Shown here: positions 50,926-64,000 of the stretch, in pieces
How the letters are laid out: each line of letters opens with the position of its first letter
How positions within the stretch are numbered: the stretch's first letter is position 1
Source: Octopus sinensis
Taxonomy: Eukaryota
Direction: 5' to 3'
DNA length: 64,000 nucleotides
NCBI RefSeq assembly: GCF_006345805.1
Contig: NC_043013.1
Span: forward strand, 31,186,001-31,250,000
Program-made: the position numbers and the translations under genes
The notes under the pieces: model-generated
Told to the model about the DNA's origin: nothing
The model's database searches: none
Seen by the model: the letters and a program-made list of their open reading frames with translations, nothing else

Positions 50926-51177
50926 CGGGTGCAGTAAATGCGATGCACCAGCATGGCCTCAGCCTCTGGATGAAACCCATCAAATATAAACGAAAAGAAA
51001 AGAAAAAAAAAAAATATATATATATATCAATTTATTTCTGTGTTAACTTGGCTACCGATGGTTTCTGGCATAGTGGATTCTCCTTTCAAATATCAAACCT
51101 TCCACATGGAAAATCGGAACGTATATGAACATACATATGTGTGTATGTATACACACATATACATACACACACATCCC

Positions 51178-51215
<38 letters not shown>

Positions 51216-52085
51216 TATATATATATACAGTCAAACGCTCACTATATTTTGTATAGTATAGGCGGACATACAGACATATAGTATAATAACCAGCCATTAC
51301 CTTTCATCATAAAGGTGATGACTTAGAATAGCGAGCTCTGTCTGCTAGTTCTGTAAAAAATTCAAAAGCACTATTATTCTGTACAATTCACACAAGAAAG
51401 AAAACAAAGAGCCTGTAAACAAAAGGTGAATAAACAACCGTACACGGAGGTATTAAATGTTTGCGCTAATCAACAACCCCATGAGATGGAAAAACTCACT
51501 CATACATTTCACCGGTAGACATTTTTATAGCGTCTGATTGTTATATATGATAGGTAAATGTGAAAGGTGCAACGTCACGTCAAAGTTCGCATATACACGA
51601 TTGATTCCTTTCACTGACTTAATTTTGTGCTGAGGACAAAATTTTCTATGCCAAAAAACACAGAGTTGATTCTGGTGAGAAATATATTTACAACGTAAAC
51701 AGACAGGGAAAAATATTCTTAATTACATAGACAATACACTAAAGTTATTCAACAATATACAAAGTTAATATTGTCTTTTGAATCGTACGTATTCTCTCTT
51801 AAAATATTTCCTCCTTTACGATAAAGACGTATTTTGTTATTAACTGAGGTTTTCTATAAAATGTGAAGAAAGGTACGGTTAATTAATTTATAGCATAATC
51901 AAGCAAAATGAGACAATGTCACATCTTCCGTGGTAAATGGTTATGAACTAATATTTTTATGTGTAGAATTACGTTCTATCACAAGAAATTTACTAATAAT
52001 GCATTATCTCTTACTTGATCAAACTGTCAGCTGAAGCCCCCATTATGTAATTATATATATATATGTGTGTGTGTGTGTATATATG

Positions 52086-52147
<62 letters not shown>

Positions 52148-52173
52148 ATATATAATATATATATATATGTATG

Positions 52174-52250
<77 letters not shown>

Positions 52251-52252
<2 letters not shown>

Positions 52253-52665
52253 TCTTTTACTCTTTTACTTGTTTCAGTCATTTGACTGCGGCCATGCTGG
52301 AGCACCGCCTTTAGTCGAGCAAATCGACCCCGGGACTTATTCTTTGTAAGCCCAGTACTTATTCTATCGGTCTCTTTTGCCGAACCGCTAAGTGACGGGG
52401 ACATAAACACACCAGCATCGGTTGTCAAGCAATGCTAGGGGGACAAACACAGACACACAAACATATACACACACACTTATATATATATATACATATATAC
52501 GACAGGCTTCTTTCAGTTTCCGTCTACCAAATCCACTCACAAGGTATTGGTCGGCCCGGGGCTATAGCAGAAGACACTTGCCCAAGATGCCACGCAGTTG
52601 GACTGAACCCGGAACCATGTGGTTGGTTAGCAAGCTACTTACCACACAGCCACTCCTGCGCCTAT
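52251..52665 (-). mobile_element. SINE family A, full-length young copy
   Basis: Near-identical to 29842-30270. Confidence 0.93.
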
Positions 52666-52782
52666 ATATATATTCATACTTACTGTAATTTAATTTGGAT
52701 ACAAGCATTATGGAATCGACTAATAAGTAAACAGAATGCGCACAGAAATACGCGGAAACACACACAGATACACATATACATA

Positions 52783-52821
<39 letters not shown>

Positions 52822-52868
52822 TTGTGTGCGCGTGCACACGCTTTGTGTCAGTTGGATAAGATATTTAT

Positions 52869-53012
52869 GTTTCTTTCCTCTCCACAAGGGGCTAAACATA
52901 GAGGAAACAAACAAGAACAGACAAACGAATTTAAGTCGATTATATCGACCCTAGTGCGTAACTAGTACCTAATTTATCGGCCCCGAAAGGATGAAAGGCA
53001 AAGTCGACCTGG
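52869..53012 (-). mobile_element. 5'-truncated SINE family B with 15-bp TSD
   Basis: TSD GGATAAGATATTTAT at 52854-52868 and 53013-53027. Confidence 0.88.
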
Positions 53013-53449
53013 GGATAAGATATTTATAGACATATATCACTTTCCCAATGCACATCTATGCGCGTTTAAATTCGATAAATCTCTTTCTTACCCTCACTCT
53101 CTTTTTCTAACTCTCTCACTCACACTCTCTCCCTCTCTCCCAATTTCAGTTACACTTTTTATATATTATGCAAGAAAATCGACTTTAATATTTCTTATCA
53201 TTTCTTTTACCTATGCTACTCTTCGCGTTAAATTTTCTACGAAACATTGTCGAATTCAAAAATGTCGGATCCTTTTTGTTTTCCTTTACTTTTAAAGCTC
53301 TGTTTTAGGTCCCTACGCATTTCTCGCTGCAATTTTTACTCTTCTACATTCGTATATTGTTTATCTGACTGACATTTACCTTGTTATCGTTTCATTTGTG
53401 TGCATTGTTTTAATCTGATAATACACACCACACACACACACGCTCATAA

Positions 53450-53481
<32 letters not shown>

Positions 53482-53630
53482 ATTAGTGAATGGAAGAAAT
53501 GGAGTTGAACGAAGATTGTACAGAATTCCTTTTATTACATTCTACACATGTTTCAAAGGCCACAATTTTCCAAATTCTGATTAAATAAGGATACCATATT
53601 GCAGCTTTCTCTTCAGGAAAAACCAGGAAT
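53482..53630 (-). mobile_element. Penelope-type terminal fragment with intact-core hammerhead-like motif
   Basis: Minus strand: TTC-CTGAAGA-GAAAGC...GCCTTT-GAAA-CATGTGTA-GAA (53620-53540). Confidence 0.55.
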
Positions 53631-53648
53631 TACGTTGTCAGAACAAAA

Positions 53649-54499
53649 CAAAACAAAGGCGCAGCAAAGCAATTCGAACGAGGACGCTCCTTAAGAGCCC
53701 ATGGGTAGAATGTTTATCAATGTACGTTGAAATCGGGGGGTTGGTGGGGGCCGACAAAAGGATATGTAATCTTTGTAACTCTGAGCTTTTCCACATATTG
53801 TTCGCCAGAGGCCGTTTGGTAAACGGGCTTTTACAGACTGCTTTTCGATGTCCCCATTGGCGGCGTCATACGTTTCTTACATATAAATGATACCTAAGAC
53901 AATTAACACCTTGATACCCTATTAAAGTGAAAATAATTTTTGGAAATAATTTTTGGAAACATTTTTTTTTAAATCTCTGAATAATTCTTGCAAGGGGAAA
54001 TTACTCCCCTTAGGCGATTGGTCGGTTTTTTAGAAGCAAGCGCTGGAATTATATACCCTCCTGATTCTTTGACGAGGATAATTTTAGACAAGCAGGCCAC
54101 AGACGAACACACGAACACAGAATTACTTCAGCCGCCTGACAGGCTTTTTTCAGCAGTGCTCATTATCTAGCGCCCCTCGCCAACATACGGCGACGCACAC
54201 TTAGGCTAGTATACACATACATGCTTTTAGGTAGGTATTGTCTCGCACCTAAAAAATACACCCTGTATTCTTAAAATATTCAGAACATTAGCTTTGGTCA
54301 CACAGAATATCTCCTCACCCCTTGTTCTCATTAATTCCTCACCTACTAGATTTGACCGCGGCCTGACCTGGATTTATTCCAACGGACCTTTTGTCGGCCC
54401 CCACCAACCCCCCGATTTCAAAGTACATTGATAAACATTCTACCCATGGGCTCTTAAGGAGCGTCCTCGTTCGAATTGCTTTGCTGCGCCTTTGTTTTG
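53649..54499. mobile_element. ~850-bp non-autonomous element with ~110-bp near-perfect TIRs
   Basis: CAAAACAAAGGCGCAGCAAAGCAATTCGAACGAGG...GGGGCCGACAAAAGG (53649-53761) matches the reverse complement of 54387-54499; no ORF; no TSD found. Confidence 0.75.
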
Positions 54500-55427
54500 G
54501 TTTATTAAACTTCAATTATCCGCACCAACGCACGGTTGCAACACCATATGGTCATATCTCCAACCGTGTTTTTTCTGCTGTGATTTTTGCTACCCAGGTA
54601 TCGGTTAAACTTTTGTATAATCCGTAACAAGATAATTCATCTTTCCATTTCAACAAACATATATATATATGCACCTTGGCATCGTGTATGATGCCTTTGT
54701 CCAGCTTTCCTAGTAACCAGCACGTAAAACTGTTACTAGGCTGGTCATCATTCACAATGTAAAACTAACTACATTGTTGTTGCATACAAGGCTCATCCTG
54801 GATAACGAACCCTATCTATGAACTTATATTCGTGCTTATGCGCACAAAAATCTATACATACGAACGTACATGCATATGTGTGTATATATGTATGTGTGTG
54901 TCTATGTGTGCGCGCGCCTGTATGAGAGCGTGAGTGCATTTCGAAAAGAAGCAATGAGAGGCCAGTGGCATGTATTGGCACAGCGAAATCGAATAAGGTT
55001 ATGTAAACTCCACTGAAGATAAGCTTCTGATTTATTGAAAATATGTTTTTTTCCATGGAATGCACAGTAATCACTTCGTTTTAATTGGTGGCGAAGCCAA
55101 ATAAGCAGCGATGATTATCTCAAAAATAAATTAATTGCCCAAAATTGATATGCCATTCACGAAAAGACAATCTTATCGGGAGCAGACAAGAAGAAAGTTC
55201 TGAACACTTTTTTCTGTTTCACTTAGTGCCATTAACACAGTAGTTTCTTTACCTATCTTTAGATATAAAATATCTTAATTTGTGATCTAGCATATAGCAT
55301 GAGAAGAATAGTGAGTATAATTTCACATGACTTTCGAAAATGTATGAATGGTATGATAGAAAATGTATTTCATACAATATGTACTGCAAATCGTGAATAA
55401 ACTACACGCCAATTATGCTATCCCAAC

Positions 55428-55699
55428 GTAGAGGCATATGGCGAGGGATCGCGGGTTCGAATCTCAGACCGGGCTATGTGTGTGTTTATGAGCGAAACAC
55501 CTAAACTCTACGCGGCTCCGACAGAAGATAATGGCGAACTTCTGCTGACTCTTTCGCCGCAACTTTCTCTCAATCTTTCCTCCTGCATCTTGCAGCTCAC
55601 CTGGGATGGACCGGCGTCCCATAGAGGTAGGGAACCTATACGCCAAGGAAACCGGGAAACCGGTCCTTATGAGCCAGGCATGGCTCGAGAAGGAAGGAA
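55428..55699 (+). mobile_element. tRNA-derived SINE (family D) with 11-bp TSD
   Basis: B-box GGGTTCGAATCTC; TSD CTATCCCAACG at 55417-55427 and 55700-55710; 3' part GGCGTCCC...ACGCCA..GAAAC.GGGAAACCGG.CC.TGAG shared with 58421-58672. Confidence 0.8.
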
Positions 55700-57313
55700 C
55701 TATCCCAACGGAGAAGACACTAGGCCATTGCTTCGCTAGCAGCTAAAGTGATAAAGGAATGTTGAATTCTATGCACCTCAAATAAGTTCAGTGTCTTAGT
55801 AACTTGTTTTCCTCGGCGAATACACGTGTGCACATACATACGAACGCAAAAACACACACACACATACAAATGTATGTATGCATATTTACGCTTGCATCTA
55901 TCTATATGCTTGTGTGTGTGAGAGAGAGAGAGAGAGAGGGAGAGAACGAGTGTCTGTGCATATAGGTTTGTGTATATATGTATCTATATATGTACTCAGT
56001 AGGAATTAAATTCAAAGAAAGTGACAGCAAAGGAGGAGTAAAGTTTAACAAATACTTTATTAGCTTAAATCTTAGAACAGAGAAAAATAACATATAATTC
56101 TAAGGGCCATACCCATTAATTGAAACTGCTAACACTTGTTTTTGGATCACACTTGTAATCTATCCAACTATATGGATCTGCAATTTCAATAATCTATTGA
56201 AAGAAATCAAATCCAAAACATAATAAAAGAATCATTGTAACGGAAATGTATTATTTATTGAATTTATGTATTGAAGGGAATAATTTTAATCATATTAACA
56301 TAGTAGAACTGATTAAAATTCCACATATTGTGGCAAATCTGTAAATGTTTTTTGTTTGGGCTAAATTTAGCCAGATAGAAATCAATCTAACTTTGGTCGT
56401 GTTCTCTGTTCTGGCATATTTCATCACTGTCTAGGTTATCATTATGTCCGTTTCTGTTTTATGGTCTATGCGTTCTGATACATTTGTAGCCATTTCTTGG
56501 AGGATGTGAAATCAAATAAACATGTTTTCATAGTCATTCTATCCTCACCGTATTATAATCTCGTTTCCACATTCCAATACTTTTCTGCCTCTACAGAGTC
56601 GAGAAGCTGGTACAACCCTAGCCAACTGTTCCTCAACATCGCCTCATATATGAAAAATGCATTTTGGGCTTTCGAAACGTAATTCTCCATACAAACCAAC
56701 TGCCTGAGTGATGATAATTATAATGCCGTTGATAAAGGGTTTGCTTCATCGGGGTGATATGGTATGAAAGAACAACGTCTGTGATAAATGTTATGAATAT
56801 GTATGTAAATCCACATCTGTTCCCATGGTAACGCCAACCAAACTATCCTGCTGTCACTGCATTACCTGTTTCTGTAGATTAGCGAAAACCGACAGTCAAT
56901 TTGACAGAATGATGACGCTGCAGATATTTCCAGAAGATCGTAATTTAAAATAGAAATCTGCTCACAAATTCGCTGACACTACGAATCTTATTCAATACAT
57001 AGTTGAATACTATTCATTTACTATTGTTGAAAATCGCTTTTGAAAAAATGTGTGTGTTCAATTATTTCAATTAAAACAATGTATGTGTGCGTATGTCTGT
57101 ATGTGAGTGTGGTGTATGTGTTTGGGAGTGTTAGTGTGTACGCACATACATTTTTTGTGTTTGTTTGCATTTCATATCAGGCGACCGACTGTTAAGTCTA
57201 TTTTTTTATGTATCTTTTGCTAGCTTTTCTGAATAGCAATGTTATACTTATATTTCCTTGTTGGATTTGGTTTGCAAGATTCGTCATTTGAGTTCGTGTG
57301 TTGAAGCATATCA

Positions 57314-57576
57314 TGTTGTGTCTGGGGAGAGTCATTTTCTTTTTGTGCCTTATAATGTAACACACTCACCGGTAAAATTTCCACTTATTACTTATTTTTA
57401 TCTTCCTAAAATTTTCGTTGCGCCTCGCAACCTTTTCAATATTCAAGACTATTGAAAATGTTGCAAGATGCAATGAAACATTTAGGAAAATAAAATAAGA
57501 AATAAGTGGAAATTTTACCGGTGAGTGTGTTACATTATAAGGCACAATAAGAAAATGACTCTCCCCAGAAACAACA
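57314..57576. mobile_element. Fold-back (MITE-like) element, ~128-bp arms with 8-nt loop
   Basis: 57314-57441 is the imperfect reverse complement of 57450-57576; loop TTCAAGAC. Confidence 0.8.
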
Positions 57577-58155
57577 GAACGTTATACTTACTTGTTTATG
57601 GTTTTTCGCATGTTCATCGGCTTCTCATTTTCTAAACGTCTCGTTCCTTCTTTCACATACATCTGTTCACATCACATGCACGCGCTCACACGTCCTGCTC
57701 AAGAACACAATACACTGACCGACATATCATTTGTTTGATTTGGATAATATTTCAACACCAGTACCCAAATAATTTTCACCGCAACATCTTGCAACTTCGG
57801 TTTCAAGCGCCACACTGCCACATCCAGTTTGAAGTGTATGTGTGCATGTGTGTGTGTGTGTGTCTGCTTGTGTGCATGTGCGCGCTCGCGTGTGCGTCTG
57901 AATAAATATATATATATACATACAGAGAGAGAGAGAGAGAGAGAGAGACGACAGACAGAGAGACAGATGAATAGGTAGTTAGATCGATGTATATATGTGC
58001 CTTGGGACTGTGTGTGTATCTCTGTGTGGATATAGTTGTAAATTGTAAAACATAACTGTCACCACTACTACATGAACCTGAAGATTGCATAGTTTAATGC
58101 ATGAAAGTACTAGTTCAATCAGAATGGACATTTAATATTCTATCATTTCATCATA

Positions 58156-58213
58156 TTATATTATATTATATTATATTATATTATATTATATTATATTATA
58201 TTATACTATATTA
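58156..58213. repeat. (ATATT)n pentanucleotide microsatellite
   Basis: Direct reading. Confidence 0.93.
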
Positions 58214-58322
58214 TGTCATTATAAGATTGTAAATAACACGTGAAAATCAAAGTTGGAAAAATTTTTTTTGAGTAACATTCTTCTATACACAATCATACAC
58301 GCCCGTGTATATATATATATAT

Positions 58323-58355
<33 letters not shown>

Positions 58356-58420
58356 TTGTGTATACACCATAGAATTAATTAGCATCATAGATGTAACTTT
58401 GATTATAAATGTAATACGGT

Positions 58421-58672
58421 GGAGGCGCGTGGCTTAGTTGTTAGGGTGCCTGCATCGTGATCGTAAGATCGTGGTTTCGATTCCTCGGCCGGGCGACGTG
58501 TTGTGTTCTTGAGCAAAACACTTCCTTTCACGTTGCTCCAGTCCAATCAGTTGGCAAAAATGAATAACGTTGCGAAGGACTGGCGTCCCGTGCAGCCGGG
58601 GAACACATACGCCATTGAAACGGGAAACCGGGTCCATGAGTTTTGCTAAGGCTTTAAAAGGGCGAATTTATC
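58421..58672 (+). mobile_element. tRNA-derived CORE-like SINE (family C, tail type 2)
   Basis: GGAGGCGCGTGGCTTAGTTGTTAGG...GGTTTCGATTCC, then GTGTTGTGTTCTTGAGCAAAACACTT...TTCACGTTGCTCCAGT. Confidence 0.8.
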
Positions 58673-60739
58673 ATTATTTTTTTTTCTCGATGTAATACGA
58701 CTTGAAGTAATCTCGGCAACTCCATTGTATGCACTGAAATGGAGAAATTTTAAAAAATAAAATCTTCCATTAGTAGATGTATGCATTGGAAATAGAGCAG
58801 TATGCGTGTACATGAACACACGCGCTCACATATACAGACACGCAAACAGAGATACAGATACGCATTTTGACTAAATAATGTGCTTGCAAATATTGCGGAT
58901 GATTCTTTCGCATTTTGAAATCATCAAACCTAGAATTAGTTTACTTATCCGTTCGAAATTTGAAAATAGCATTATACCTCTTACTGATATCACAACTGCC
59001 ATCATCTGAGCAAATGAACAATACATTTTCCATTGTCGCAAGGTACCCTGCGTAGTTGAGTTCTTTACTTTCATTGTTACTTCATTAGTGATCAAATGGA
59101 TATCTACAGACACTACTCCTAGCCTCAGATGACATGGGCGAAACTTTAAATCTTGCGAATATAAAGCATAACTACATACATCATATGTATAGCTTAATGT
59201 GTATGTATGTATAAATGTATATACGTATGTAAAATATATATATATATGCGTGTGTGTATAAATGTATGGAAGCACATACGTATGTATGTATATTGTGTAT
59301 GTATCTGTGCATGTTTCATATGCCCTAGTGTCTACTATCACTTTTGAATATAGTTAAGAAAAATGATAGGTAAAAATAACTTTTAAGAACAAATATATTA
59401 ACAATAGTTAATGTTCCTGAAAAATGGCTTAGCTATTGTGTAGGTGCAAGAATTTAAATAAATATAAAATGTTTCCTAGCATAAACTATATACAACATAA
59501 TATATACATGTATAAAGAATTTGAACAGACTCTTTTATTTCTCGTTGAAATGGTCTTAGTCACCTTTACTTTTACTTCTGCCAATGGGTACACTTTAAAT
59601 ATTTTATGGCACTTTCAAGGCTTTGAATATACTTTTCATTTACAATTTTTAAAAACTATTTTCCATATTTATGAAGCACAGTTTTTATTTTCTCTTTCAG
59701 ACCTATAAATAAAACATGAGCTTTTTTTTCTTTCAATATGATGTATTTCATTTCAACAAAATTTTAATGTACATTTTTCCCCAAACACATACTTCATTTT
59801 TTTTTTATTAGAAATATGTGTACATCCATTAATGTGAAATATGAATAAGAACTTCAAACTCCTATACAAAATTACGCTTCTGGCTCTTATTGTAGTTTCT
59901 AGAAACTGAAATTTTTATTTGGAGAGAATACCTTTCGATGCCATATTGTCTTATTTATTTATTTATTTTGCAGTGATATTTTATAATTACTGATTCCAAA
60001 TCTTCAGACTTAAGGCTATGGAGAAACAGAAACTTTAAAATAATGGCATTAAAATCGTTACTCTACATAAAGGCATCGTTAAAATCATGTGATATTATCT
60101 TAATCATTCATGTTATGCGATGGAAAATATAAACATCATTAGAAAAGTTGGGTCTTCTTGCATACAATATGCAAATGGTCTTGTTTTTGAGAGTTATATA
60201 CTTGAATATAAATGCATAAATAAAAGTCACTGATGCAGAAGTAGGACGCGGAATATATCCCGTACACTGTTTTGTAACATACTTTAAATTTTCGAATCAA
60301 TAGCGTCGTATTTTCATGTTTCGTTTTGAAAGTAACAGTGACAATGTAAAGGTAGACTGCGTTGGCATTAACAAAGTGCTGAACTAGATTATTTTCAGTA
60401 TTATATGCTTTATTCTTTTTACTTTCTATTATTTTTGCTTTCACAATACTAAAAAATACATGCTAGGCAAGTATAATCCTTCTTTCATTGATTTCTTCAT
60501 TGAATCAACTTCCCTAAAAATTTGAGGTAAGGTAGTTCATTAATGCTTAATCTACACCGCTACAAATCGACTGCATGTAAATATGTACATTAAAAAAATT
60601 CTAAAGAGCTGTCACACCGAGAAGAAATGGCTATAGTAAATATTTTCAGAGAGAGCCAAACAGACAGACAGAGAGACAGACTGATAGAGGCAGAGAGAGA
60701 GGGGGAGGAGGAGATACCGCAAACTGGACATATAATGGA

Positions 60740-60860
60740 TGATGATAAAAAACGAGTAAATAAACGTTGCCTGACATCACGTGTGATATGAGATGAACCA
60801 ATGAGATGAATCAGAAGAGATACGAGATGAATCAGTAGAAAGGAGACCCATTTAGCAGTG
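60740..60860 (-). pseudogene. Candidate LRP-like pseudo-exon, blade-4-like
   Basis: GSSHITRDVRQRLFT resembles NGLTID...QRLYW. Confidence 0.33.
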
Positions 60861-61055
60861 GCCGAAAAGACTAAGAGAATAAGTACCACTTTTGGAAACC
60901 AAATGATAGAGTGTGTTTTTCAACGATATATTTAAGAAGGGAATAGATTTTTCGGATGCTGTTTGTGCTCGTAGCTTTAGTCTTGATACAATAAATAATT
61001 CTTCAACATCTTATTTGTGTCTTGTACCTCTTTTGATAATATTTCTTTATTTCCA

Positions 61056-61450
61056 TGGTGGCGAGCTGGCAGAAATGTTAGCACGCCGGGCGAAATGCTT
61101 AGCAGTATTTCGTCTGTCTTTACGTTTAGAGTTCAAATTCTGCCGAGGTCGACCTTACATTTCATCCTTTCGAGGTCGATAACATAAGTATTAGTTGAAT
61201 ATTGGAGTTGATATAATCGCTTACCCACTCTCATGAAATTGCTGGCCTTGTGCCAAATTTATTGTGAAGGCAGCGAGCTGGCAGAATCGTTAGCACGCTG
61301 GACAATATGCTTCGCAGTATTTCTTTCGGCTTGAAATTCGGAGTTCAAATTCCGCCATGTTTACATTTCGTCATCTCGGAGTCGATGAAATAAATACCGG
61401 TTAATTACTGAGGTCGATGTAATTGACTATCCTTCACCCACGAAAATTTC
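61056..61450 (+). mobile_element. Two adjacent SINE family B-head copies with an alternative tail
   Basis: Heads at 61056 and 61267 (GGC.GCGAGCTGGCAGAA); tail ...GAAATTGCTGGCCTTGTGCCAAA differs from the other family-B copies. Confidence 0.85.
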
Positions 61451-61639
61451 AGGCAATAGCAGAAATGATTATCATTATTAAGGCGGTGGCAAGTCTGCGA
61501 GCAGGCAGAGTCGTATATTTACATTCAGTTTTCGTCCATTGATAGTTAACCACACAAGCCATACTACCTTTCACAGTGGAATACATTGGAAATATATTCT
61601 AACACATGCTATCAACAAATTAGCTACCTTCAAAACATC

Positions 61640-61793
61640 GAATTAACCTGCTTTTCGTCTTTGAGACGAATATGAATAATTATCTTGTTTTAACAGTACT
61701 TTTCGAAGGAGATTTATTCCTGGTACATATCTTGAAAAAAGCCTTAATAATTTAAACATAGTGTTAGAGTAACAAATATACATGTGCCCATGC
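61640..61793 (-). pseudogene. Candidate LRP-like pseudo-exon
   Basis: Acceptor ttcattttag; GHMYICYS...LRKVLLKQD. Confidence 0.33.
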
Positions 61794-62164
61794 CTAAAAT
61801 GAACGTTTTCAAAATGGTTATCAGGTCTGATTTTAGTTTCATAAAATGCATCTTATAAACTGCTTTAGTGCGAGTTCGGATACGATCTGGTTCGCCCAAT
61901 CGTATCCAAGCTGCCATTAATAAGCTGTATACTTGTATTTGATCAAATTGATATATATATATAATGAAATAATCTGTTCACCAAAGCAATTAAGTAATTA
62001 GTAATGTAAATTAGTGAGAAGAATCACTAATCCATTCTGCATGTTACTTAAAAATTCACGAGTGATCATATAGAGTAAATATGTGTAGGCTTTTCTTATT
62101 ACTGAAAACATTAGGGATCAAATACAAGGGAAAATATAGAAACATTTATTAGATTGATAATTAT

Positions 62165-62690
62165 TAGAGGTAGGAGCGCATTTGGCAGTTCCATCGCTCA
62201 TGACAGACGATTTACACCTGTTACAAGTTATGTCTATGAATTTATGCACCATGCAAGGAATTCTCAAGGAATTTTCAGAAGAATTCTCAAATCTAATGCC
62301 ACAGTGTTAGTTGTTCTCACAAGAGATCTACGTTGTGTTGGACATAAAGATTACCATATGATATGAATACTACTTCCATTGCATGCAATTACTTTTGATA
62401 AGCCTGCTAGCTATTTGCGACACCGGTGATTGTAAAGGTCGCTGAAATTGTACATATGTTGTCAGTGGTATTTTGCTGGTATGCGGTGAGTGGATGTCTG
62501 CCATTGAGGAAGTCCAGTAGACAGAAACCACGTTCTTTGTCAGTTAAGGGCTCCATAACTGAGGATTCTCGTTTGCTACGATTAATATCTGTCATTTTAT
62601 GCACCAATATGAAAGGATTACACAAGGCTAATACCTCAGCATTCGGCGTTCTAAAATGACGCTCAGGTTGAGTTGGATATTAAGATTACC
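62165..62690 (-). pseudogene. Candidate LRP-like pseudo-exon, blade-1-like, present as two diverged copies
   Basis: NTVALDL...FIDITCNRCKSSVMSDGT resembles VALD...YWTDI..NRI.RA.MDGT; second diverged copy 335 bp away. Confidence 0.43.
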
Positions 62691-63189
62691 TATAAAATTT
62701 ATTTCCATCATAGAAACGAAGCCACAAAGAAATACTGAAGACGAGTAACCAATTTGAATGACTCCTATAATGAACTTGTTTTTCCGACTACAGAAAGATC
62801 ACCACAAGAAAGAATTCTATTACGAAGGCATTGTTAACTTTTTCATCGAAATTAGACTGGCAATGTAAAACTCTTTAACATAACATATGAAATCTTTGGG
62901 GAGCCCTTATAAAATTAATTGTAAGATAGTCTATTCATTTCTTTTCGGCAGCGAAATTTACCACTCAGATGAACCACAGAATCTTCAAATCACTTTTCAG
63001 ACTGTTTGCTTTGTTGACCTAAATATCCTAATCTAGGATACATATGGTGAAATGCTTACGGTCAGTGATTATCTATTTTACATAATTTATGTGGAACCCT
63101 CTTATGGAATGTTTAACCTTTTTCTAAGTGTGTAAATCGGAGGAATTTAACACAATTTTGTTGCCATTTATATCACGTCATGGCACTGC

Positions 63190-63385
63190 TTACTGCATTT
63201 TGGACAGCAATACGTCAGTGGGAATATTAAAAAGATATATGAAAGGAATTTTGTGTACAGTAGAGGCAGGTGTTGTTATGTCAGAAAAGAACGGTGAATG
63301 GAAACGGAAGTAGGTGGAACAGGAAAGTGTCTGGTAGTGTTTTAGACAAAAAAATCGTGAGCAAATGTGGAGTACACATATAAGC
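63190..63385 (-). pseudogene. Candidate LRP-like pseudo-exon, EGF-like
   Basis: CSRFFCLKHYQTLSCSTYFRF...PFIYLF resembles CSHLCL....C.C...F.L......FL.F. Confidence 0.38.
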
Positions 63386-64000
63386 ATATATGCATATAAT
63401 TCTATATATATGTGTTTGTGTTCGTGTGTGTGCGCGCCCCTCTGTGTGTGTGTACGTGTGTGTGTGTGTGTGTGTGCACATGTGTCTACTCTCTTTTATC
63501 TGTAAATATTTGAAGTCTTCCTGTAAGGAAGGAACTGGTTTCGAACAAAGTTATAAGGCTCCTTCCGAATATAGATTACAAAAACAAATTCACACTTTTG
63601 ACGTGAGAACCACATATTTTTGCGTATATAAATATGGCTTTGTATGCATTAACCCATAAGGTCCCAGCGTACTTAAATTTCTGAATATTACTTTTAGATG
63701 TTTACAGATGATGATGGAAAATAAGTTGAAATGAAATTAGAAATGGAAATACTCGGTGTCCTATAAATAGACAATGTGATATAGCTTATTTAATGTTCTC
63801 ATTTAGTGTCCTATTTATAGGACAGTGGGACTTAATGGGTTAACTAGCATTGTATATGTACATTCATGTATGTATGGGAGCGTAGGGTTTGCACAGAGAA
63901 CTTTGTGCAAAGTTGTATTAATGTGTCTATTTTCAGAAATAGAGGTGCATGCCCTAGTGTGGTGATGTATGTGTAGTTCACTTAACATATGGAGATGTGA

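Noticed and set aside
56380-56960. Complex island that might be another exon
   Set aside because: All three minus frames and the plus ORF lack recognisable motifs, so I left it uncalled.

Overview
AT-rich, microsatellite-dense animal genomic DNA. The tRNA-derived SINE families look like those of octopus or another cephalopod (inference from repeat recognition, no database check). I can support no intact host gene; most listed ORFs are translations of (TA)n, (CA)n, (ATT)n or (CTT)n microsatellites. Four kinds of content are present. (1) About 20 scattered minus-strand segments from about 63.4 kb down to 1.6 kb resemble, in gene-like order, YWTD beta-propeller blades and EGF modules of an LDL-receptor-related (LRP) protein, but with many stops and frameshifts, i.e. 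a probable decayed LRP-like pseudogene spanning the window. (2) A rich TE load: several SINE families, two mariner remnants, R4/Dong-type RLE LINE remnants in (TAA)n, Penelope-like remnants with hammerhead-like tails, Helitron/Helentron-like pieces and a zinc-knuckle ORF1 remnant. (3) A young CR1/L2-group LINE with a twin-priming-like 5' inversion and a 13-bp fold-back hairpin at the junction (41.1-43.5 kb). (4) Unexplained inverted structures: a 1.77-kb head-to-tail then inverted array of a ~486-bp unit inside (TA)n (35.2-37.0 kb), a 118-bp loopless palindrome made of two hammerhead-ribozyme units (39.9-40.0 kb), and several TIR or fold-back elements.
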